In this document: positions 40,110-47,011 of the stretch, in pieces | Layout of the letters: each line of letters begins with the position of its first letter | How positions within the stretch are numbered: the stretch's first letter is position 1 | Origin: an uncultured Planctomycetales bacterium | Lineage (GTDB): Bacteria > Omnitrophota > Gorgyraeia > Zapsychrales > JBDRMG01 | DNA: 64,000 bases | Reading direction: 5' to 3' | Assembly: GCA_964478715.1 (NCBI GenBank) | Contig: CAYZIY010000001.1 | Location: 73,088-137,087 of the forward strand | Program-made: the position numbers and the translations under genes | Notes under the pieces: generated by a model | Database searches by the model: none | What the model saw: the letters and a program-made list of their open reading frames with translations, nothing else | Told to the model about the DNA's origin: nothing

Positions 40110-40150
40110 TCTACTTCGATAAATTGCTTTCGCGTTTAGCTTCGTAGAGC
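40108..40150 (-). repeat. CGAAG/CGAAG internal-loop hairpin abutting the tRNA-Leu 5' end
   Basis: Minus strand GCTCTA-CGAAG-CTAAACGC-GAAA-GCAATTTAT-CGAAG-TAGAGC. Confidence 0.6.
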
Positions 40151-40273
40151 TTTTACGCTCCATGAAATAACAACGCAAATATTTCTAGTTTTTTGAAGAT
40201 TCCAAACAAAAATTTTGCTTCACACTGAGTGTTTTTCTTCATCAGTGCTCGGCACGAGGTGGAGCGTAGAAGA

Positions 40274-40293
40274 ATCAATTTCATCACTCCATC
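40274..40293 (-). repeat. Degenerate direct copy of the tRNA-Leu 5' end
   Basis: GATGGAGTGATGAAATTGAT versus tRNA GCTGGAGTGGTGAAATTGGT: 17/20 identical, 184 nt apart. Confidence 0.7.
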
Positions 40294-40316
40294 TTTCTTT
40301 CGATCAAATATGCCTC

Positions 40317-40345
40317 AGTATACTTAAGAATTTGATAGCTGTCAA
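40317..40345 (-). promoter_or_regulatory. sigma70 promoter for tRNA-Leu (and possibly lpdA)
   Basis: Minus strand: TTGACA, 17-nt spacer, TATACT. Confidence 0.75.
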
Positions 40346-40366
40346 TGAATGGGATACGGAATCACA

Positions 40367-40395
40367 TTGCCCTTTAAACCCATACTTGTTATAAT
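40367..40395 (+). promoter_or_regulatory. sigma70 promoter for AEC transporter-smpB
   Basis: TTGCCC, 17-nt spacer, TATAAT with extended TGn. Confidence 0.7.
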
Positions 40396-40405
40396 ACCGG
40401 CCATA

Positions 40406-41362
40406 ATGATTGATATATCCTTTCAAGCTGCCGCTCAAGCGACAATCCAAATTTTCTTGATGGGCCTGGTCGGCTATGTGATGATAAAAAAGAAACTGAC
40501 TGGCAAAGAGGGTTTACGGCTTTTAACCCGGCTTTTGATTACCTGGCTTTTGCCTTGTCTGATATTCACACAGATGAGCCGTCATTTCAATTTTGATCAA
40601 TATCCGTATTGGTGGATTTTTCCCTTGCTTTGCTTTGCGCTTATGATCTGCGGGCTTATTTTAAGCCGTTTGATGCTTTTTCTGGCGCCGTCAAGCGATA
40701 TAAAACGCGAATTTACTGCTTTAATGATTTTCCAAAACTGTGGATATATTCCGCTTCTCATGGCGGCGGCAATTTTTCCTGGAGAAATTGCTTCGCGATT
40801 ATTCGTTTATATCTTTTTATTTATTATTGGTTTTGATTTGCTCTTGTGGTCTTTCGGTGTTTATCTGATCGGCGGGCATGCAACACAACGCCTCCCGATA
40901 AAAAAGATGATCAGCCCGCCTTTAAGGACACTTATCATTTCCATGATCATTGTTCTATTCGGTTTCAATAAATTGATTCCGTCGGTAATGATGAAACCGG
41001 TTGATCTATTCGGTCAATGTGCTTTGCCTTTGGCCATGATCGTTGTCGGCGGGAATCTGGCCTGCATTAAAGTGACTGAAGTCAAAGTCAAAGAGATGGT
41101 GCTGCTTCTTGCGGGTAAATTGTTCCTCTTGCCGATTCTGGCCTTGATAGTTGTTTCTTGGTTAAAGCCGGATATTTTGATCGGATTTCTCATCGTGATC
41201 GAAGCCTGCGTACCCAGCGCCTTGAATCTTTCCGTCATCGCCCGTCAGTATGAAGGAGAGCAGTCTTTTGTCAATCAGGCTATTTTCTACGGACATCTCA
41301 TTGGAATAGGGACGATTCCTTTGTTTCTTGTTTTGTATTCCCATATCGCGAAAGGCTTTTAA
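40406..41362 (+). CDS. AEC (auxin efflux carrier / malate permease) family transporter
   Basis: About 10 TM helices; PCLIF, FQNCGYIPL, SPP, PLAMIVVG and VPSA motifs. Start moved downstream of the promoter. Confidence 0.88.
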   Translation: MIDISFQAAAQATIQIFLMGLVGYVMIKKKLTGKEGLRLLTRLLITWLLPCLIFTQMSRHFNFDQYPYWWIFPLLCFALMICGLILSRLMLFLAPSSDIKREFTALMIFQNCGYIPLLMAAAIFPGEIASRLFVYIFLFIIGFDLLLWSFGVYLIGGHATQRLPIKKMISPPLRTLIISMIIVLFGFNKLIPSVMMKPVDLFGQCALPLAMIVVGGNLACIKVTEVKVKEMVLLLAGKLFLLPILALIVVSWLKPDILIGFLIVIEACVPSALNLSVIARQYEGEQSFVNQAIFYGHLIGIGTIPLFLVLYSHIAKGF

Positions 41363-41829
41363 TGAAGGGTAAAACGGTTGTCACCAATAAAAAAGCATTC
41401 CGGGACTATTTTTTTTCCGACAAATGGGAAGCGGGCATTGAGCTCAAAGGAGCGGAAGTGAAATCTCTACGTGCCGGCGAAGTTAATTTCAAAGACAGTT
41501 TTGTGCGGATAGAAAAAGGAGAGGCCTATGTGTATAATTTGCATATTCATCCTTATGCGCAAGCGAGTTATCTGAATCTGGAGCCTGACCGGCGGCGCAA
41601 GCTTCTGCTTCATCACAAGGAGATTGCCAAGATTGCTGATTTGATTGCGATCAAACGCCTGGCCCTGATTCCCACGAAGATTTATTTTAATCAACGGGGA
41701 TTGGCTAAGATCGAGCTAGCCTTAGGCCGCGGCAAGAAGCAATATGACAAGAGAGAGGATATGAAAAAGAGAGATTTCGATCGCGAAGTCCACCGGGCGA
41801 CAAAATTGAATGGGAAAAGAAAAGGATAA
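41362..41829 (+). CDS. smpB: SsrA-binding protein
   Basis: NKKAFRDY, EAGIELKGAEVKSLR, RKLLLH and GKKQYDKRE motifs. Confidence 0.97.
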   Translation: MKGKTVVTNKKAFRDYFFSDKWEAGIELKGAEVKSLRAGEVNFKDSFVRIEKGEAYVYNLHIHPYAQASYLNLEPDRRRKLLLHHKEIAKIADLIAIKRLALIPTKIYFNQRGLAKIELALGRGKKQYDKREDMKKRDFDREVHRATKLNGKRKG

Positions 41830-41921
41830 GATTAAACCTTTTGCCGTGAAGATAGAGATAGGTTATAGCCTTTTCATATCATTAGATCAAAAATTCCCAG
41901 CGAGGGAGGTATCCGTATTAT

Positions 41922-41950
41922 TTGATAATCAGGAGATGTTCTTCTATAAT
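41922..41950 (+). promoter_or_regulatory. sigma70 promoter for tmRNA
   Basis: TTGATA, 17-nt spacer, TATAAT; ends 7 nt before the mature 5' end. Confidence 0.75.
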
Positions 41951-41957
41951 ATCAATA

Positions 41958-42343
41958 GGGGGTGAAACGGTTTCGACTTGAATTTGACAATACCTGGATG
42001 GCATGCCGGGGATGCTTGGTTGGCCCCGTTAACAATCCAAGCACAAAACAAATGCTGACTACAATCCAGTAGCAGAAGCCGAGGCTATTTTAGCCGAGGC
42101 GCCAGTCCTCGCTTAATCAAGTGAGGCCCTCTTGTTAATCTTGCCTGCGGGTTAATCAGGAGGTCGCAAGCAGGCTGGCTTTGATTCTTGCTTTCGGAAT
42201 CAAAGTGAGATTTGAGAAAGCTGGCCTTTATCCTATCCTGTCTATCGGAGAGGGTAAGGCGAGAATTAATAGATAGGCTAAGCATGTAGAGGTCCTGGCG
42301 TTGAGATTTAAGGACCGGGGTTCGACTCCCCGCACCTCCACCA
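41958..42343 (+). ncRNA. ssrA: tmRNA; predicted tag (A)ADYNPVAEAEAILAEAPVLA* at 42054-42116
   Basis: 5' GGGGGTGAAACGGTTTCGAC; 3' GGGGTTCGACTCCCCGCACCTCCACCA; G3-U acceptor wobble; downstream of smpB. Confidence 0.95.
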
Positions 42344-42401
42344 GACTCCGCTTAAATGTTTCGGCCCGAAATTTGTTCGGGGTTTCATGTCAAACTTCGT
42401 T

Positions 42402-42479
42402 TGGTGGAATCCTACGAAGTCAAACACGAAGCCCTGAATGAATATTCAGGGCGAAGTATTTGGCGAAGCAGGATCCACG
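42402..42479 (+). repeat. Nested hairpin element with two symmetric CGAAG/CGAAG loops
   Basis: GTGGAATCCTA-CGAAG-TCAAACA-CGAAG-CCCTGAAT-gaat-ATTCAGGG-CGAAG-TATTTGG-CGAAG-CAGGATCCAC. Confidence 0.7.
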
Positions 42480-42494
42480 AGGAATCATTTAAAT

Positions 42495-42741
42495 ATGTTT
42501 TATGTTTACATACTCAGAAGCACGAACACATCAAATAAATATTATGCTGGTTATACCAATAATATAAAAAGAAGAATCAACCAACATAACGACTCACCAA
42601 TATCTTAACCTACTTGCGAATACGGACCTTGGGAATTAATAAGGTATGTAGCTTTTATGGAAAGTGTGGCAGTTACAAGATTTGAGAAATATCTTAAAAC
42701 TCCATCGGGGGAAAGCTTTTGATAAAAAACATCTCATTTAA
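42495..42741 (+). pseudogene. Small GIY-YIG nuclease pseudogene
   Basis: Reads MFYVYILRS...YYAGYTNNIKRRINQHN...*...YGPWELIRY.AF...FEKYLKTPSG. In-frame TAA at 42606-42608 plus an apparent +1 frameshift in the G-run before KAFDKKHLI*. Confidence 0.85.
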
Positions 42742-42839
42742 TTGTAAGTTTTGTTTGGCGGTTTTTTGTTAAAGTGATATAAACAAAGAATGGAAAATGG
42801 AATACTTTTGCACTTCTAACAATTTTCAGGAGAGATAAG

Positions 42840-43022
42840 ATGAGAAAAACTTACCTTATTTTCGCAATATTGTCTTCAGGCCTCTGCCTTTTTTCCGGAC
42901 TTTGGATTTTGACCCAGTCCAACTGGTCGGATAATGATGTTCTCTCGATAGGTATTGGATTTTATTTTGTCGGCAAGGCGTTTTTTGTCGGTCCGATGTT
43001 GATTCTCACAGCGCTAAAATAG
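42840..43022 (+). CDS. Small two-TM membrane protein
   Basis: AGGAG SD; two hydrophobic helices; co-oriented with marC. Confidence 0.6.
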   Translation: MRKTYLIFAILSSGLCLFSGLWILTQSNWSDNDVLSIGIGFYFVGKAFFVGPMLILTALK

Positions 43023-43034
43023 AGAAGACCTTCA

Positions 43035-43631
43035 ATGAATAATTATCTCAATGGCATTCTGGCGATACTGGCTCTAATCAATCCGTTAAGTAAACTCTTT
43101 GTTGTGCATACGATGAGTCAGTCTGTTGAACGGAGCGCGCTTCGTCATATAGTTATCAAGGCATCTTTAATCGCCGGCAGCATCCTGATTATTTTTACAG
43201 TGACCGGAAATTTTCTTCTGAAGTATTTGTTTCGGGTTGATATCTATTCCTTCCAGATCATCGGGGGGATTGTCTTGGCATTTCGAGGCCTTCAAGCCTT
43301 AAACCGGGGGCTTTTCTTTGAAGTGGAAACGAATCAGAAGCTGGAAGATGTCTCGATTGTTCCTTTAGCCTCTCCCATGATCGCGGGTCCAGCCACAATT
43401 ACGGCCGCTATTTCTTTTCCCGACCACTATGGTATGATTCCTACTCTTTTGGCTATCATTTGTGCTGTGTCTCTCAATCTTTTTTTCATGCTTCATACTT
43501 ATACGGTGAGTCATCTTATGACCCGATTTAATTTGATGGGAGCTCTCATCCGTATCACCGGTTTAGTGGTGGCCACTATCGGAGTCCAGATGATGCTTAA
43601 TGGAATTGCCGCCTATATTGCCACTCTTTAA
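43035..43631 (+). CDS. MarC family membrane protein
   Basis: INPL, SFQIIGGIVL, IVPLASPMIAGPATI and RITGL...IGVQM motifs. Confidence 0.92.
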   Translation: MNNYLNGILAILALINPLSKLFVVHTMSQSVERSALRHIVIKASLIAGSILIIFTVTGNFLLKYLFRVDIYSFQIIGGIVLAFRGLQALNRGLFFEVETNQKLEDVSIVPLASPMIAGPATITAAISFPDHYGMIPTLLAIICAVSLNLFFMLHTYTVSHLMTRFNLMGALIRITGLVVATIGVQMMLNGIAAYIATL

Positions 43632-43644
43632 GGAGTTTTTTAAA

Positions 43645-43671
43645 GGGCCCAAAAACTTTGTTTTTGGGCCC
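43645..43671. repeat. Perfect 12-bp inverted repeat (possible terminator or binding site)
   Basis: GGGCCCAAAAAC-TTT-GTTTTTGGGCCC just after the marC stop; no U-tract follows. Confidence 0.6.
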
Positions 43672-43768
43672 GCCTGCCAGAAACATCATCTTTTTCTTTC
43701 GGTGCTATGACGGTGGTCATAAAATAATAGTAGACGATTATTTAATCCCGCGGCCGAAAGGAGAGGCT

Positions 43769-44200
43769 ATGATCAATGCGAAAAACAAAAAGAGAGCTAC
43801 CGCAGCTGTGATCTGGCACGAAGGCAAAATCCTGATCGCCAAACGAAAAAAAGATTTTTTTTGGGAATTTCCGGGTGGAAAAATTGATTTCGGGGAAACA
43901 CCCGAAGCGTGTTTGTTGCGCGAAATCAGCGAAGAGCTTGATATCGATATTCAAATCGAATCGCTGTTTTCTAAAATTGACGGATTTTTCCGCCAGAAAT
44001 ATATCGAATTATATGCCTACAAGGCTTTTTGGGTGTGCGGTCATATCAAATTGAAAGTTCATACCGAAATCCGCTGGGTTTACCCGGAAGAATTGAATAT
44101 CGCCTGTTTTATCCGCGAAGATCAGGAAGTAGCAAAAATCCTCAAACGGCAGCCTCAGGGAGCCAGTCGAATTTCCGAACTGTTTTTGATCCATTCCTAA
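43769..44200 (+). CDS. MutT-like NUDIX hydrolase
   Basis: WEFPGGKIDFGETPEACLLREISEELDI Nudix box; ATG after AAGGAG. Confidence 0.9.
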   Translation: MINAKNKKRATAAVIWHEGKILIAKRKKDFFWEFPGGKIDFGETPEACLLREISEELDIDIQIESLFSKIDGFFRQKYIELYAYKAFWVCGHIKLKVHTEIRWVYPEELNIACFIREDQEVAKILKRQPQGASRISELFLIHS

Positions 44201-44348
44201 GCGATCCTTTGCGGTTTTGGTACTCCAAAATCTTACTCCAAAATCAGACGTAACTTTCCATTTACTAATATTAATACTATGTTATAATCGCTATATCTCA
44301 TAAATAGGAAGAGCAAAATTTTAACCTTTTTGAAAAACAGAGTTTATT

Positions 44349-46223
44349 ATGCAAAAAAGAGATCCAAGACACACGTTTTTTATCCCCGTTATGGGCACAG
44401 GCTATACCATGGACTCTCCCTTAAGGGTGGCTCCCTTTGGAATTTCTTCAGTGATTTCTCTGGTCGATGATGTGCTGATGGAGAAAATCCGGGAATACTA
44501 TTGCAAGCTTTTTAAGGAAAAATACGTTCCGATTCCTTCCAGCGAAGAGGATTGCCGTGCCAAACGCATCACGGCCTATTTGAATTTTATTCATAAACAC
44601 GCCTTGAAACGTTTCGAACAAATTCGCTGCGCCGATTTTAACCATAATATGGATATCAATAAATATTTCGAGATGCTTCCCAGCACCTGCCGCATTAGGA
44701 ATATTTATCTGCAGATGAAGAAGCTTGGCGATTCTACCGAAAAAAAGAGACTTCAAGAGCAATTGAGAGAGGTCATGCGTATCGGGAGCATCAATGTCAA
44801 TATCATGACCAAGCTGGATACCATGGCCCGGACTCCTGAGGGAACATTTGTCGCCAATGAATTCTCTAGCGCTCTGGCCGCCCTAAGAGGGTTTGCCCAT
44901 AGCACGCTCGATTCGGCGGTTGATTCGGCGGTTGTTTTTTCTGCCGGCATCAATCAGCGGCTTTACAGTTATGTTGCGGAGTTTAAAGACTTTTATGCCG
45001 ATTCCATGGGGCATGTCAAAAAGAAGGTGATTCTCAAAGTTAATGATTTCCGCTCAGCCTTGACGCAGGGAAAGATCTTTGCCAAAAAAGGTATTTGGGT
45101 TTCCGAATATCGTATTGAGTCAGGTTTAAATTGCGGCGGACACGCTTTTGGGGGTCAATGCAAGTTGTTGGGACCGGTTTTAGAGGAATTTCGCCAGAGG
45201 CGCGATACTTTGATCCAGAACCTCAGAGATATTTACCGCAAGACCTGCCAGAGTAAACAGTTGCCTCTGCTGGATCAGGAGCCTGATGCCCTCATTCAGG
45301 TTCAGGGAGGAATTGGGACAAATGGAGAGGATCGGTTTTTAAAAGAACATTACGGCGTGGATGAAACCGGGTGGGCTTCGCCTTTTCTTCTTTGCCCCGA
45401 GGTTTCCTCTGTCGATGATCAAACGCTTCAAGATTTATCGACCGCGCAAGAAGAAGATGTCGTTTTAAGCGAAACCTCGCCGATGGGAGTGCCTTTTTAT
45501 ACTCTTCAGAGTAGCTCGGCGGAAAAAGCCAAGCGCCGGCGACAACAAGAGGGTAATCAGGGTTTAACGTGCAGCAAGGGTTATCTCCGGCTGAATCAGG
45601 AATTTGAGAAGGCTCTTTGTCCGGCATCCAAATCTTACCAGAAATTAAAAATCGAATCGATGAAAAAACAGGGTGTTTCCGAAGAGGAATTCCGCAAGGT
45701 TCTCTGCAATCTGGGCGAGAAAGACTGTATTTGCCATCAGTTGGGCAACAGCATGATGAAAAAATACGGCCTTTCCATCAAAGGTCCCGGCGAGGTTGTG
45801 GTTTGTCCCGGGCCCAATTTGGTCTATTTTTCCCAAATTGTTTCTTTGAAAGAGATGATCGATCACATTTACGGCAAAGCCGATTTACTCAAAGGCGTTG
45901 AGCGGCCGCACATGTTTTTGAAAGAATTACAAATCAATATTCTGTATTTAAAAGATTTGCTGATTAAGGCTCAGGCGGATGAGCTTTCATCGCGAGACCA
46001 GCAAAATCTTTTAGCCTGTTTCCAAAATATTGAAGAGGGGATTGATTATTATTTGAATTTATTCAAAGAAGACCCGATCCGGTCTTTTCATGATGAAAAA
46101 TATCTTGAAAAACAATGGGAGCAATTTCAACAAATCAAGAGCCGGCTGGATCAGCTCAAGTCGGTCCGCTTGAGCTGTCAGAAGTCTCGGGAGTCCGAAG
46201 AGAAATTTGTCAGCCCAACTTAA
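44349..46223 (+). CDS. Conserved hypothetical enzyme (possible FMN TIM barrel with Cys cluster)
   Basis: 624-aa ORF with IPVMGTGY, NIMTKLD, IESGLNCGGHAF, QGGIG, CxKGYL, CICHQL and VCPGPN motifs. Confidence 0.8.
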   Translation: MQKRDPRHTFFIPVMGTGYTMDSPLRVAPFGISSVISLVDDVLMEKIREYYCKLFKEKYVPIPSSEEDCRAKRITAYLNFIHKHALKRFEQIRCADFNHNMDINKYFEMLPSTCRIRNIYLQMKKLGDSTEKKRLQEQLREVMRIGSINVNIMTKLDTMARTPEGTFVANEFSSALAALRGFAHSTLDSAVDSAVVFSAGINQRLYSYVAEFKDFYADSMGHVKKKVILKVNDFRSALTQGKIFAKKGIWVSEYRIESGLNCGGHAFGGQCKLLGPVLEEFRQRRDTLIQNLRDIYRKTCQSKQLPLLDQEPDALIQVQGGIGTNGEDRFLKEHYGVDETGWASPFLLCPEVSSVDDQTLQDLSTAQEEDVVLSETSPMGVPFYTLQSSSAEKAKRRRQQEGNQGLTCSKGYLRLNQEFEKALCPASKSYQKLKIESMKKQGVSEEEFRKVLCNLGEKDCICHQLGNSMMKKYGLSIKGPGEVVVCPGPNLVYFSQIVSLKEMIDHIYGKADLLKGVERPHMFLKELQINILYLKDLLIKAQADELSSRDQQNLLACFQNIEEGIDYYLNLFKEDPIRSFHDEKYLEKQWEQFQQIKSRLDQLKSVRLSCQKSRESEEKFVSPT

Positions 46224-46590
46224 AAATCCACGGATTATTTTTTTTGCCCTTCTTTTACTTTGCATTCTTGCTTTTCCCATTCTCCTTTTTAGAAGCTCAT
46301 CGATCCATTCTGAGCCCGCTGATGAGAATCAAATCTGCGGTATAGAGTCATGTCATGGGCTTGATATTTCTTGCGGAGAGAATGTTCCCGAGGCTTGCAC
46401 CAGGCTCTATAGGATAGGTGATTTTTGCAGACAATATGCCCGTTGTGAAATAATCAACGGTCAATGCCAGCTGATAAAAGACTCTCAATTTGAAGATTGC
46501 AAATCGTCTGTGGAGCGATGTCTTCAGATTAAAGATCATGGCGAACAACTTGACTGCGAAGCCCGATGTCGTCAGCAAATAAATCCATGA
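46207..46590 (+). CDS. Cys-rich exported or membrane-anchored protein
   Basis: N-terminal TM segment, then CGIESCHGLDISCG...C...C and further Cys pairs. Confidence 0.7.
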   Translation: MSAQLKNPRIIFFALLLLCILAFPILLFRSSSIHSEPADENQICGIESCHGLDISCGENVPEACTRLYRIGDFCRQYARCEIINGQCQLIKDSQFEDCKSSVERCLQIKDHGEQLDCEARCRQQINP

Positions 46591-46621
46591 TAAAACGCAC
46601 CGTTATCAAGAGAGGTTCTTT

Positions 46622-46996
46622 ATGCCTAAGAAAATCCTGATTATTGAAGACGACAAAGACGTTTCCAGCCTGTTGGAGTCGCGCCTGAAGACCGAAGGGT
46701 ACGATATCATCAAGGCCGACAATGGGATCGATGGTTATGAAACGGCCAAATCCCAAAAACCCGATTTAATTATTACCGATGTTATGCTTCCCAAAACAGA
46801 CGGTTATCATCTCTGCCGTATGTTGAAATACGATGATAAATATAAATCCATTCCCGTTATGATGTTGACTGCCAAAGGAGAAGATGAGGATGAGGTCATC
46901 GGTAAGGGGGTGGGCGCGGATTGCTATATGACGAAACCTTTTGATGGCAGAATTCTTATTGAAAAAGTGCAGAGACTTTTAGATTCATCCTCTTAG
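46622..46996 (+). CDS. Stand-alone response regulator
   Basis: ILIIEDD, TDVMLP, MLTAK and TKPF motifs. Confidence 0.92.
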   Translation: MPKKILIIEDDKDVSSLLESRLKTEGYDIIKADNGIDGYETAKSQKPDLIITDVMLPKTDGYHLCRMLKYDDKYKSIPVMMLTAKGEDEDEVIGKGVGADCYMTKPFDGRILIEKVQRLLDSSS

Positions 46997-47011
46997 CCGC
47001 AGAGTCGTTTT

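Noticed and set aside
40349-40405. Longer ORF-track starts (also 15746, 28972, 35606, 43658, 50492, 54013)
   Set aside because: The extensions overlap promoters or upstream genes. Downstream ATGs fit better with SD, stop-start overlap or family N-termini.
42395-42480. Repeated CGAAG units as a mini-CRISPR
   Set aside because: The repeats are 5 nt long, the intervening segments pair with each other, and no cas genes are present.
42085-42538. ORFs 42085-42285 (-) and 42356-42538 (+)
   Set aside because: They overlap the tmRNA and the hairpin element and carry no protein motifs.
42606-42608. Stop-codon recoding in the GIY-YIG gene
   Set aside because: The codon is TAA, which ends many genes here, and a second lesion (frameshift) is present. 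Pseudogenisation is the simpler explanation.
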